DNA of 64,000 nt, taken from the NCBI RefSeq assembly GCF_009914755.1, contig NC_060931.1, one strand, 5' to 3'. A program made the position numbers and the translations under genes. How positions within the stretch are numbered: the first letter of the stretch is position 1; each line of letters begins with the position of its first letter. A model generated the notes under the pieces. The model had not been told where the DNA came from. It was given only the letters and a program-made list of their open reading frames with translations, and did no database searches. This document shows positions 31,096 to 45,770 of this stretch, in pieces. Origin of the DNA: the human T2T-CHM13v2.0 reference genome, Homo sapiens.

Positions 31096-31109
31096 CTGCC
31101 CCCTGGTGG
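31096..31109 (-). promoter_or_regulatory. Strong CTCF core motif (reverse)
   Basis: Minus strand CCACCAGGGGGCAG in an otherwise very AT-rich background. Confidence 0.55.
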
Positions 31110-34100
31110 TAAGAGTAAAAAGTTCAAAATGGTTCAAATCAAATGAATTTTATGTGCCTTTATCCAAAAATAAAGGGGAAAAAACACCTTATAATTAGAC
31201 TTTTTTTTTCCAGAAAATATCACCTCTCCCACATCCTAAATCTATTTTATGTTTAAACATATTGCAATTTAGGAAGGTACCTCGTATAGAACGATTCTTT
31301 TATCACATTTGAATTCTCAATGGACTAATGCATTCTTTTGGAGAGGAAAACTTTAGTCAATTGATGCAGTCATAGAGAATAAAATGATTGACAGTAAGGA
31401 CAGATTTTTTTAATGGTGCTTTTCTTTGTTTCAGTTTTTAGAGAAGTTGGAAACAGTCTCCATGGAACTGAACCATTTAAACTTGGCACTAATTAGAATC
31501 ATGACAAGGCTCCAAAAACATAATGTACTTCTCAAAATATTCAAGAGGGTCATTCTTAGGGAGCTGAAGATACTAGAACTAGTCCCAATATTTGACTTTG
31601 ACCCCAAATTTTATACCAATAAAATCATAATGGCTTATTATGAATTAGAAGAAATATCAAAGAGGTTGTACTAAAAGTCTGTTAATGTTTTTCTATAAAT
31701 AATTTAAGAATATCTTTATCTTTAACAAAAATTTTCAATGTCTGGTATTAAGAAACTGATACTTTCTGGATATTTAGTTATTTGTCCCAGGTCTGTACCA
31801 GAGAGATTAGAAACGTCCTAGAATATTATCCACTTTGCATTTACTTAACATATTCTTAACTGGATGTTGGTCTAAAGATCTAAGTCTGCACGTTCAGTCA
31901 TTATTTCCAGCACTTAACCTTCAGCCAAGCGGAATCCGTCAACTCAATAATGGAAGAACCTTGCATTAAATAGATTAAGCAGGGACTCAAAATGGATATG
32001 GAGCTCAAATGATACAAAGCTCTTGTCCAATTATAGGCTGCATGTTTGAGGCTCAGTCAAAGACAATTCATAGTAGGCTTATAATGCCTATGGTTCAATC
32101 TGGTTGGTGTATCATTAAAATCAAACCCAGAGCAAGATTTTGCCTGCACACAGTTTTTAAAAAGCCCTCCAACTTAAGAAAAAATCACTTTTGACTTTGC
32201 AGCTGTAGTTGTGCAGTAGCCAAAGTTTTCAAAGAAATAATATCATGACATTCAAGCCGTAGTTTTTGATATCAAATTGTTAAATAATTAGAAATTTTAA
32301 TGCAAGAAAGTATAGCTGAATGAAAATATGAACACTTAGAAAAAATAAATATGAATTTTCCTCATTGCTCCGACAAAAATGGTTTAAGTGTAATAAAATC
32401 TAAGGCGGAAAAAAAGGAAGGAAAACCTGGTTTCTATTGACTATAAAATGATCTTTGAAAATATATATTTTTTCTTATGGCAGCTTTTCCTCATGGCATG
32501 TTGCCAGTGTTTGGACAAGATCTTTATCCTCTCAATTGCTATGCATGATATCTCAGGTCTGCGTCTCCACTATGCTTGCACAAATGAAAATGATTTGGTA
32601 GAGTTACTCTCTGAGGTTTAGGATAGTACAGTTTGAATCAAATATTGTTATTTCAGTACATTCAAACCAGTGGAATTTTTGCGTTGATATCATATAGCTG
32701 TGCTGCACACAGATCTAAAAATAATGAGATGCCAAGCAATGTATGTAGGTAAGAGTAAAGTAGGAAAGAAAAATTTCGTAAAAGAAAAGAGAAAGTGTAG
32801 GGAAATGATACATCTAAAGCGGATGGTCATTCATATTCAGTTATTTTCCTTTAACAAATTCTAGAAAATTCTCCTATGGCAGCTATACATCTCAGGTATT
32901 AGAAATCTAGTGGGTTTTTCTCCGTATGTATGTACTTTTAATTTCTAGGTATTAACACAGCCCACCTGAACATACCATACGGGGACATTTATTTCTGCCT
33001 CCAGTTTTCTTAATTTGCCAGATTAGCTCCTAGGAGAGTAGGAAATAAATCAGGAAACTTATCTGTGTCTCTACCCGCTGTTGTAAAATACTCAAAGACA
33101 GTATTCTTCTCTTGTGCTGGAAATATTAATACCAGCACAAAAGAAGAAGAGAAAATAGAACCTGCCTAGACACACCCTGAGATGAAAGTGGAAACCCAAC
33201 AGCAACCAGCCCTGGTTCAGGGCCTATCTCCCATGGCTGGCTGCCATAGCTGGCTAGGTGTGATCATGTTATGCTTGGCAAGTCTGCGTGTTTGTCTAGG
33301 GCCTTTAGTAGTGGAATGGGAAGCAATGGATAAGAGGAGAAAAATGGTTTTTATCCAAAGAGAGAACTTTTCCCCTTGGCAAAGCCCCAGACAGCTGTCA
33401 AAGGTTTTTTCTCCCCGCAGCTTCAGGCTATTCTCTACAGGTTGCAGTTTCCTTTGAAACAAGTCAGAGGAATGACTAATGTGAGGGAAGACATGGCAAA
33501 AGAAAGACTGAACTAGGCTTTCATTTTCAGAAGCCTGAGTTTTATTTATAGAGTAAAAATGCAAATGTAACAGTTGCCGTCTTATACCCCTGCTTATTCA
33601 TCGAAGAGTCAACCTACAACAGATAAAGGCAAGGAAAGACCCTGTATTAAATATCAGAGACAAAGAGGCCGGGGCAAACATACAGAGGTAATTTCTCTCC
33701 TTCCCTCTCCCTCTCCTTTTCTTTAAGGTTCCCTTTCTCTTAAAGGAATTTCTATGCCAGAAAAAGCAAAACACTATTGAACATAGTAAATAGCCTGGGA
33801 TTTGAAGAACTTCATTTTAAAAGCAAATTGTTTGCCCTCTGGAAAATAAAGCTGAAAGCCAGTTGGGAAGGTTAATTCCTTTTGGAAGCCCCTTGACTAT
33901 CTCCATTTTAGGGAAACATGGCCTACACACAGTTAAAGGGAAATGATAGTGATATTTTGTGATACGTGTCCTTTAGTGTAATCTGTTTTAGGAATCTGGA
34001 CTCAGGATATCCAGAGTCTAGTCCTGCCTCTGCTTCTCCCTTCTAGAACCAACACCAGGAATGAATGAACAGAACTAGAGATATCCTCAGTAATTTAGAG

Positions 34101-35582
34101 AGATGATAAAGTAATTGTTATCCAATAAGTGGAAGGTGATGGAGTGAGCAAATATTAAAGAGAAAATAAAACTGTGAATTCAATATGATAGAGAGACATG
34201 AGTGAGCCACTGATGCCTATAATGAGATATCCCCAAAAGTTTTCCACAGATTTTGAATTAATTAGGAAAGACTTGCTTAAATGAAACAAACAATAGCAAT
34301 AAGATGTTAGCTACATTCCTCAGGTACACAAATGGGAAGATAGTGTGAGACATTATGAGAGAATTCCTGCATCATACTCTGTAGTTTTCAGTCTCCTTTG
34401 GTAAGACTATCATAGTCTAACACTAGACAAATTAATAGAAAGTTCTGGATATTATTTTTGAATTACATTTTTTTCTTTGGTCAGTTACACCTATGTTTGA
34501 AAGTCAACTATAAAACATGTCTTTTAAAACTCTTACTTAATGGGATCAGCATAGTTTACAATTAAAATCTAATGTATGAGGTTAAGAAATACATATATTC
34601 TGAGAACCATCAGCTCCTTAGGAAAAGAGTGTATTTAGAATCATGCTAAAGCTCAAGTAAAATAGTTTAGGTGGGGCAGAAAGAGAAAACAGGGTAGCTA
34701 AAAAGTTTTGAACTTGTGGAATCCATGGTTACCTCAAACCCCTGCTGTTGAGAAGATTAAGCAAGGTAAAAATTGGAATTTCTAAGCAATATTCCAGTTC
34801 TAGTTGAAGAACACATTACATACTTCAAGTCCACTATGGAAACCCAATTGTTGATATTATGTATTATTATCCTATGATCTATCTTCTCCAAGATTTACTT
34901 CTGTAAAGCAAAATCAGAAACCAAGCTCAGGCATGGCAGTGATGCCTTGATATGTTAGAGTAAAAAAGATCTTTCTACAACCGAACGGTATGCCAGGGCC
35001 CAGAGCTGGTTCAGGGTAGTGCATTTGTAAGACGAATTTTTCAGTGGACCCAGAATCAAAAGAACTTTATAATTTTTCAATGACTCTTACAATGTTAGAA
35101 AGTCTAATGATTTAGTGGGAAATAAATGACTGTCAGACACATCTACACGTATATCTCAAGTTTGGAGGTTTTATCTTATAGCAAAAAGGGGGAACAATAA
35201 AGGCCCTACAGCAAAGAGAGGAAATTTTTAGCATTTGCCATTGATTTTCTCCAGTGAAAACCAATGTGAGTTGTACATATGGGGCTTTTTGTTAGACAAA
35301 GATTTGAAATCTTGCAGAGGGAGAGATATTTCATTATTTTACATTGGTGGTAGTTGAAAATATTTTTTTCTTAATAAAGTTTTACAGAATATTCTTAGTC
35401 AAGTTTTGTTAACCAAGATTTATAGGATATTTTATTTTACTTTATTTTCTCACTAAAAGGACATATTATATTCAGAAGTAAAACCATGGAAGACAGGAAG
35501 AAGGAGGTTAGCTTAGTGTTTTTGATGTTTTATGCGGCTTAATGTTTGTTTTCCCAACATAAAAGGAATATTAAACAAGGGT

Positions 35583-37773
35583 CTCATTGAACACAGCAGC
35601 AGCTTTTGGGGTTCTGTGTCTCACTTTGAAATCTGAGCTGACCATGCACACAAACATCTGTGTCTAAGTGACCTGCAATTGGTATTGATCTTGGCACCAC
35701 CTACTATTATATGGGTGTTTTCCAGCAAGGAAAAGTAGAGATAATTGCCAATGATCAGGGAAACCGAACCATGCCAAACTATGTCACCTTTACGGATACC
35801 AAACAATTGATTAGTGATACTCCAAATAATCAAGTTCCAATGAACCGTGCCAGCATGGCTTTTGATGCCAAATGTCTGACTGGATGCAGATTTGATGATG
35901 CCATTGTCCAGTTTGATATGACATATTGGCCTTTCACGGTGGTAAATGATGCTGGCAGGCCCAAGGTCCAAGTAGAGTATGAGAGAGACAAAAAGCTGCT
36001 ACCCATAGGAGGTGTCTTCTATGGTTCTGACAAAGATGAAGGAAATTGCAAAAGTCTACCTTGGGAAGACTGTTACCAATGCTGTGGTCACAGTGCCAGC
36101 TTACTTGAATGACTCTCAGCATCAGGGCTATCAAAGATGCTGGAACTATTGCTGGTCTCAATGTACTTGGAATTATCAATGTGCCAATTGTCGCTGCTAT
36201 TGCTTACAGTTTAGACAAAAAAAAAAAAAAAAAAAGGTTGGAGCTGAAAGAAATGTGCTAATCTTTGACCTGGGAGGTGGTGTTTTTGATCCTCACTATG
36301 GAGGATGGAATCTCTGAGGTGAAATCTACAGCCAGAGACACCTACTTAGGTGGAGAGGACTTTCACAACTGAAATGTCAACCATTTTACTGGTGAGTTAT
36401 AGTGCACACATGGAAGGACACCGTGAGAACAAGAGAGCTGTCTGGCACCTCTATACTGCTTGTGAACTTGCTAAACATACTCTTCCAGCACTGAAACCAG
36501 TACTGAGGTCAATTCTCTTCATGAAGGAATCCACTTCTATATCTCCATTAATTGTGCCCAATGTGGAGAATTGAATGCTGAGCCTGTTCTGTGGCATTCT
36601 GGACCCCATAGAGAAATCCATTTGAGATGTCAAACTAGACAAACCACAGATTCCTGATATTGTCCTGGTTGGTGGTCCTAATTGTATCCCCAAGATTTAG
36701 TAGCTTCTCCAAGGCATCTTCAATGGAAAATAGCTGAATGAGAGCATCAACCCTCATGAAGCTGTTGCTTATGATGCAGCTGTCCAGGCAGCCGTCCTAT
36801 CTAGAGACATCTCAAAATGTTCAAGATTTTCTGTTTTTGGATGTCACTCCTCTTTCCCTTGATATTAAAACTGCTGATGGAGTCATGGCTGTCCTCATCA
36901 AGTGTGATGCTACCATTCCTACCAGGCAGACACAGACCTTCACTACCTACTCTGACAAGCCTAGCATGTCATTGCCAAGGATAAAAACCTACTTCGCAAG
37001 TTTGAGCTCACAGGCGTACCTCCTGCACACCATGGTGCTCATCAGATTGAAGTCACCTTTGATATTAATGCCAAGGGCATCCTCAATGTCTACTCTCACT
37101 GATGACAAGGGCCATTTGAGCAAGGAAGACATTGAGCCTATGGTCCAGGAAACTGAGAAGTACAAAGCTGAAGATGAGAAGCAGAGGGACAAGGTGTCAT
37201 CCAAGAATTCACTTGATCCCTATGTGTTCAACATGAAAGCAACTGCTGAAGATGAGAAACTTCAAGTCAAGATTAACAATGAGCACAAACAGAAGATTCT
37301 TAGCAAGTGCCATGAAATTATCAACTGGCTCGACAAGAATCAGACTGCAGAGAAGGAAGAATTTGAACATGCACAGCAAGAGCTGGAGAAGTCTTCAAGT
37401 CCATGATAACCAAACTGGACTAGAGTGCAGAAGGCATGCTAGGAGGAATGCCAGGGGGATTTCCTGGTGGTAGAGCTCCTGCATCTGGTGGTGCTTTTCA
37501 GGGCCCACCACTGAAGAGGTTGATTAAGACAACCCAACTATAGATGTAGCATTCTTCTACATAGTTAAAACACCGAAGAACCCAAATTTGTATCAAATTC
37601 TATGGCAGTTTTACGGTCGAGCTGCTATACTAAATTACTGGGCATTCTCAATACTTGAATATGGAACATGAGCACAAGGAAAGGAAATAACATTGCACTT
37701 TATAAACATTGTATTGTAAGTGGAAAATGCAATGTCTTAAATAAAACTGTATTTAAAGTTGGTATCAAAAAAA
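35583..37773 (+). pseudogene. HSPA8P16: Full-length processed HSPA8 (HSC70) pseudogene, antisense within a SEMA3D intron
   Basis: Intronless, with an HSPA8-type 5'UTR (ctcattgaac...). The start reads GTG TCT AAG TGA at 35660. It has GIDLGTTY and [11 protein letters not shown] motifs, frameshifts and stops, ...EEVD TAA at 37525-37527, AATAAA at 37740, a short A tail, and TSD attaaacaa (35570-35578 / 37775-37783). The P16 number is from memory, not verified. Confidence 0.93.
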
Positions 37774-39424
37774 GATTAAACAAAAGAAAACTAACCACAA
37801 CCTCCACCCCTGAATAAAAAAAAAGATTTTGAGCTGAAAATGAGCATTTATTTAATGTCTCTAGTGTTGGACAGTGGAAGAGGCAATGCTGGCGTGAGAA
37901 GTCCAGTCTCTAGGTACTCTACCCAGGATGCTTCTTACCATGTTATGATGTTCCTTAAATATGGCTTTGTTTCAAATTTTTGAACCAAAAAATTTTCAGG
38001 AATCCTTAGAATCACCATTTTTCACCACCTATTTTTTTTTTTTTTGAAACTACCTAGATAAAAAAAAGTAAAAAGAACAGGCTTTTCTGGTGTTTGAGCT
38101 ATTAATAAAAATTATCATGCATTTATGTTCATCAGTGTCCACATAGTAAAATGAATTTATGAAATATTTAAAAAGTACCTATAACTACCTCCTTTTATTT
38201 CCCACCAAAAAATGGAGACTTAGTTGGGAAATCCACGTGTAAGCTTTCATCTGTAAAAGTAAAACTAAAACAACTAACATTTAACGCGGTAACAATTTGG
38301 GAGCAAATGGAATTTAAAAAGGAATCATTATTTTTACAAAATCAGACATTTAGTAGTTATTTAAAAATGGTGGCAAAATGATTCAAGCAAAGTAAAACAT
38401 GCATTTTATATTTGAACTTCAAAAACAAGTATTTTCTCCTCACCTTTTTGATAAGGGAATGGTTTAAAACTGAAACTCACTTTTGAGGAAATATTTACTA
38501 ATACTTTACACTTATGCATAAATCTTAAAAATCCCTTGGCTACACAGAATAAAACTGCAGAGTACATCAGTTATAAAAAACCAACTATCAAGTTGGAAAT
38601 TTTCTGCCTTTACAAATCTTTCTTAGATTCTGGGTTTTCTAGCAGTCTGTTATTTTGGGCTGGATTCAATTTGGTTTCTATATCTGACCTGTATGATTGA
38701 TTCACTGTATTATGGACTTTTTAATATTTTATTTCACTTGGAACTTCTTATTACCAAAACCTGGCAGGGCAATAATGATTGAAAAAAATCCACCTGAACA
38801 AAATATGGCTTGTTCAAATATTCTATTTGGACACCAGAGGGCAGAAGAATCATTTGAAGTGAAGGAATTCTATAATATATCCTTTTGCATTCTTGCTTTT
38901 CTAGGCTTATTAACATTGCAGAGCAGTGATGTCATGGTTAAGCTAGGAGTTTAGGTTTGACTTTTTGTCAAAGAAGTACAGCATTCTGTCAAAACCAAAA
39001 ACTTAAAGTAAGCTTGACACACTGAAAGTTGTAGTGTTTATTTAACTGAGTGATAATGTCAACAGAAGTCTCACCACTGGGAGAACAACTTAGAATTCAA
39101 TCTTAATAGCAATACAGATGCAGAAAATGTAAAAACAATTTTTTAAAAAATAACCTACGTTAAAGCTTTAACTTAAGTGTAATATGGCTTTTAGTAAAGG
39201 TTCTAACAATTTCATAGAAAGCAAAGTATTCAGCAATACTTTTATTAAAGTAAGATGTGTTCCTCTGAATTGCAGTAAGAGAAATGGTAAGTGTAGTAAA
39301 GTTTCAAAATTCATTATTACTTGTGCAGAGAATAGACAAATCTCTGGAAAAATAGCATAAAGTTCTGTTTGGTTGCTCATTTGTTATCCCTTTGAAGGTA
39401 GAACAAAAGGTAGGTTAATGGCTT

Positions 39425-39640
39425 TTGATTTGGAGTTAAGTAGAGTAAGTTTCATTCCAGTCATAACAATTCATAAACTGTGAGAGCATGAACATATGTT
39501 TACCTTCGCTGGGCTTGTTTCTTATCTATAAAATTGGGATAATAATACCTACTCTGTGTGTTTATTTTAAGAATGTAGTGAGATAACGTATACGGGCTTA
39601 TCAGAGTGTCTGGATCATAAGAAGTGTTCAGTAATGAGTT
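39425..39640 (+). mobile_element. MIR
   Basis: Core gtttcttatctataaaattgggataataatacctac...gtgagataacgtat. Confidence 0.7.
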
Positions 39641-41684
39641 TGATCAAAATATTCTGGATATTTAGAGAGATAGAATCATAACTTTATATAAACAAAAATT
39701 ACTGAAATTGGGCTGCTTTTAGAAAACAAATAAGAAAGAATGCCAGGAAATAATGTAAAATTCAATGCAGCTAATTTTAGGTGGGACATTCGGCAGTATA
39801 TCAATCAGATAAATATTAGGAAATAAGTGCATATTACAGAATATTAACGAATAGAGAGAGAAGACTGATCAGAAAATTCAACATCCCTCTTCATTCCACT
39901 GTTTTTGGCAATATGATATTGGGAAAGTTATTTAATTATTCTGGGTATTCATTCCCTTCCCTGTAAAATGAGGGTGAATTACGTGGTCTTTATCATTCAC
40001 TCCAGTTCTTACATTCTCAAATTTTACAGGCATAGTTTATCTGATACGCTGTGAAATATAATTTCAATGATTTAATGTGTAGTGTTATTAATGGTAAAGT
40101 GTATTTGTATAACAGATTTTCACATCACATATATGATGCTCCTAAATTCAACATCAGTATTCTAAATATAAAACATAATGTAGAAAAGCACACTAATAGC
40201 ATTGAGTGCTAATAAGAAACAAGATGTTGTAAAAATGACTGAAGAAGCAATGAAGTAAAAGGCTACCTATCTATGCATGATTTCAGACATTTTCAAATTT
40301 GGTCACAGTGATTTCAAAGAGAATACATAAGTAGCTAGTTATTTGGAAATAGCTGATGTCCTTAGCTACCACGGATTTCTAGATAAAGCCTGCAAACATG
40401 TTAGTAGAAATGATTGTCACTATACTAACACAAAATCAATTGGATAGGGTTGATCAATAAAAATATTTAAAAATACCTCAACATTATTAGTCTCATACTA
40501 ATAAATTTATATTATGTGGTTTCTGCTTATCTAAAGAGAGCATAGATATAACAGTTTAACTCAGTACAACCAAAAAGAAAATCCTCCTTCTTTAACCACA
40601 ACTGTAAAAATAAATAAATTTTGACAGTAACTGGCATGTTTAAAATCTCTTTAAGTTCTATAAAAGGACATAATATTTGATGAAAGAGAGTTTTCTTGGT
40701 GGAGTCTTTCAGAAGGAGACTTGGTCTTTCTGTCTCTATTACTGATTACAGCCTTAATAGGGGCTACGGTGGAAAGATTCTTTATTAGGCATGGTTCTCA
40801 GAGCTCAACTTCAGGTGCAAATGTGTTTACATATTTTTAAAGGCATAAAAATTGTATGATAAATATTAATGTTGAGAAAAAATTGAGTAATAACTTCCTT
40901 AAATGACCCTTCTTTAGTCCTAATCATGCTTTTGTTTTCCCAAGTTGTTAGAAAGTAAAAATTAAGTATTTATTTGATGGTTTAGATGCAGGCTATTTGC
41001 TAAATAATTTTGAACTTTTCAAGACAATTTCTTACAGCATAAAGACTATATTCTGAGTAGTCGGCAGAAGAGACCAGTATGTTGAACATAATTTGGTGTT
41101 TATTTTCTCATTGATGAAAAACACTTCCCACTGACATTTTTATTTTCCTACTTTCGGGGAGTCTCTTACTCACGTTTCAGAGAAGTGTCTGTGTGCTTAT
41201 GAGGACAGTCATGTAAAACGTGAGTTCTCTTTAAGCCTCGCATGACATTCACAGCTCTTTTAGGCAGCAGCAGGGAAGGCGGTGACAACCACCACTTGTA
41301 AAGCATCTTAACTTACACTCGAGTTGGAAAATAATGTAACCAGGATGCATCAGCATGTAGTCATTTCGATACTTATTTTCTATTTCTGAGTATTATAGGA
41401 CTCAACTGCTGGGTCTACATATGCAAATAATTTGTTGTTGTTGTAATTAATGTGAATAGTCTCAGCTTCCAATTCATTCTCCTATAATATCTAGATAATT
41501 GAAAAATAATATGGCCTGAATGGTGACAGTCTTTATTAAAAACAAATAAAAACAAACAAAAAACCCCAAACCAAAAAACTCATGTAGTAAGAAAAGGCTC
41601 AGAATGTGACAGTCTATAATATTTAACCCCAAAGTATTAACAGAGTAAAATTGATCCTTCTAGAGCTGTTTTCCCAATTTTAAT

Positions 41685-41686
41685 CA

Positions 41687-41736
<50 letters not shown>
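41685..41736. repeat. (CA)n microsatellite
   Basis: About 26 CA units with one TA interruption. Confidence 0.97.
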
Positions 41737-41739
<3 letters not shown>

Positions 41740-41849
41740 TCCCAGGGAAGGTAAAAATATATAATTTAACATTTTTGTAGTGCAACATCATAGTGTAAGA
41801 ACTAATAACTGGGAGTTATTGTAAGAACAATGACCTTGAATTTACAGTA

Positions 41850-42085
41850 TGATAGTAAATAGCCAAGAATTTGGAGTTTGGGGTTGAAACCCAGCCCTAT
41901 CACTAATTAGCTTTGTGACCTTGGGCAAGTTACTGTACCTGTCGGTGCCTGACATTCCTCATCTGTATAATGGAATTAATAATAATAGCATGTGTTTCAT
42001 GGGATTATGATCAGTATTAAGTAAGTTAATGTTTGTAAAACCTTTAGAATAATATCCCCATATCCTAAGTGCTATATTACTATTA
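41850..42085 (+). mobile_element. MIR
   Basis: tagctttgtgaccttgggcaagttac...ttcctcatctgtataatggaattaataata. Confidence 0.8.
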
Positions 42086-42167
42086 AAATATAAGTAAATG
42101 AAATGAGTAAGTACAGCTGTGATATTCAATGAATAAAAAATAGTTAAAAAAGCATTAGAATGACCTA

Positions 42168-42481
42168 GGCCGGGCATGGTGGCTCACACCTGTAATCCCA
42201 GGACTTTGGGAGGATGAGGTGGGCGGATCATCTGAGGTCAGGAGTTCGAGACCAGCCTGGTTAACCTGGTGAAACCCCGTCTCTATTAAAAATACAAAAA
42301 TTAGCTGGGCATGGTTGTGCACACCTGTAATCCTAGCTACTCTGGAGGCTAAGGCAGGAGAAGTGCTTGAACTCGGGAGGCAGAGGTTGCAGTGAGCCAA
42401 GATTGCACCACTGCACTTTGGCCTGGGCAACAGAGCGAGACTCTGACAAAAAAACAAAAAACAAAACAAAACAAAACAAAA
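42168..42481 (+). mobile_element. AluS (Sx-like)
   Basis: ggccgggcatggtggctcacacctgtaatccc...gagactctgac followed by an A/(CAAAA)n tail. Confidence 0.93.
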
Positions 42482-43600
42482 TTAAAAAATGGGCTAAGTA
42501 CTTCAATAGACATTTCTCCAAAGAAGACATACGAATGGCCAATGGGTACATGAAAATTATTCATCACTAATCAACAGAGAAGTTGAAAACAAAACCACAA
42601 TCAGGTATCACTCCACATCTGTCAGGATGGATAATATGGATAACATCATAAAAACAAAAGATGAGTATTAAGGAGGATGTGGGGAAATTGGAAGCCTTGC
42701 ACACTGCTAGTGGTAATGCAAAATGGTACTGCCACTATGGAAAACAGTGTGGCAGTTCCTCAAAAAATTAAAAATAGAACTACTACATGATGCAGCAATC
42801 CTACTTCAGGATATTTATCTAAAACAATTGAAATTAAGATATCAAAGATATATGAGATATTATCACTCTTAGATTCATTGCAGCACTATTCACAATAGTC
42901 AAGACATGGAAACAACCTAAATGTCTGTCAACAGATGAATGGATAAAGAAAATGTGTGTGTGTGTGTATGTGTGTGTGTTATATGTATACAATATATCTA
43001 GGATTATATATCATATATCCTATATACATATATATGAGACTTGTATCATATATAAATGTATATATGATATATGATACATTTATACATACATCATACATAT
43101 ATTTATATATGATATATGCATCATATATGTATATATCTATATACAGGTGATGCATATATAATATCTTTATATGTGCATATAGATATCATATATATGGGAT
43201 GTGTGTATGTGTATATATATAAAATGGGACTGCATTCATCCTTGAAAAACAAGGAAATTCTGCATACACTATGCAACAACATGAATGAATCTTAAGGACG
43301 TTATGTTGAGTGAAATAAGCCATTTGCAGAGAAATAAACACTGCATGATTCCACTTATATAAGGTATCTATAATAGTCAAAATAATAGAATCAAAAAGCA
43401 GAATGGTGGTTTCCAAGGGCTAGGAGGGAGCAAAATGGGAAGTTACCAATCAATGCACACAAAGTTTCTGTTAGCTAAGAAGAATAAGCATTAGAGATCT
43501 GCTGTACAACATTGTACCTATACTCAACAATAATGGATGGTAAATTAAAAAATTTAAGGGGATAGGTCTCATGTTAAATGTTCTTATCACATTATTAAAA
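42482..43600 (+). mobile_element. L1MA/L1MB 3' portion containing a TG/TA-rich low-complexity expansion (~42953-43220)
   Basis: aatagacatttctccaaagaagacatac...gaatggataaagaaaatgtg...gagatctgctgtacaacattgtacctata. Confidence 0.88.
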
Positions 43601-44611
43601 AGAGAGAAAATTAAAAAAATGAGTCCTGAAAATCATATTGTTTGAAAAAAAACATGTTTCCACAAACATCGTTATTACTTTATAATCAAGTTAGAAACCA
43701 TCCTTGAAACAAATTTATATTGGGGAATTATTAAGGGGAAAATAGAGATGGTTGTATAGCATACTTCCCAAATTTAATTAAGTTATATAGCAGGAAGATG
43801 GAAACAGAATTCGGAAAGCATAGCTACCAGCTGGTTCTCCTTTAAGAATGAACATATGAAAAGATAATATTCAGTAAAACTTGAAGAGTTAAGTCAATAT
43901 TTTCCTCAGATATTTTGGTAATTATTTTAAACCTCTTGGTAGTAATATTCAGAATAAATCCAAAATGAAAAAAAAATTTTTTTCCTCTTTAATATTAGGT
44001 CAATAAATAATCCTGATGTTAAAATAACTTAAACTGTCATAATAATATCAACAAATGTTTTAAAAATCCCTTCACTTAAAATGCATGTAACAGCATTTTG
44101 AACTGCAGTTGTTTTTTGTTTTAAACAATTGTATAAACTCTAAAATACATTCTTACTTACATCATTTGTGCTTTAAACATGATTCATACTATTTGAAAAA
44201 AATTTTTGACTGAGGGTTTTCTAAAATTCCTTTCCCATTTAAAAAGTGCATGTTATTCTAAGGTACAATTAAGTGAAGAAAAGATAAATGCATACCAAAA
44301 AAGAGATAAATTAAGTGAACCATTATGATGTGTTCTTTTCAAAGTAGAAGTGGGGATTAGAAGACTCGAGCTATCTGCAGAGCTGTATGTGAGAAATAAT
44401 ACTTCTTTGACATTTCCATCTAATTTAGAATAGCTGTCATTCTAGATAACTAAATCTTTCCAATGATTCTATAAACATAAACATGTTGGGGATAAGCTCC
44501 ACATTGTCCCCGTGGTTAGATACTTATGACATAGTCCATTGTTTCTCAAAGTAACTAAAATTCTTACTGAAATGTTAAATTTCAATGAAGGATGAAAATG
44601 CTAATACTTCA

Positions 44612-45200
<589 letters not shown>

Positions 45201-45770
45201 ACAAACCCTGGAGGATAAAGAGGAATATGCATGAAAGAGTGTTATATTTATTTACATGTTCTTCCATTTTATTTAAAGTTATTATGGCATAATGCCTTCC
45301 AAAGGCTTACAAAATAAAAAGTGACATTATTTACTTATTAAAAAGAATTATTTAAATATTTGAATAATAATCCTCTCGTTTGTTTTCTTACAATGAATGA
45401 ATATCCATAAACATTAGTTGCTAAATGATATATTTATATGATTTTTATTAAACTGATTTTAAAATGTTGAAACAATCTTTTTCTTTTTGGTCCTCCTTGA
45501 ATTTATGAGTTTATGTATTACAGTAGCTCATCTGATACTTAATTATAATTACACAGGATTAGAGAAAGTATTAAGAGGCAAAAAACTCCAAAGGAATTTT
45601 TTCAAATTTTTGCAAACTACTAAAAATTAACACTATTCAGATGTCTTTTTTTGCTTTATTTCTAGAAATTAAAAGATATTTTCTTTGAGTTGAAAACTTT
45701 TAATCATTCCCATTTTCAAAAATGAGATCAACCTTTATGATCTAAAAAATATATTAAAAATCTTAGCATT

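Noticed and set aside
35711-37406. 133-aa and 222-aa HSP70-like ORFs as functional proteins
   Set aside because: They are frameshifted fragments of a processed pseudogene with a lost ATG and multiple stops.
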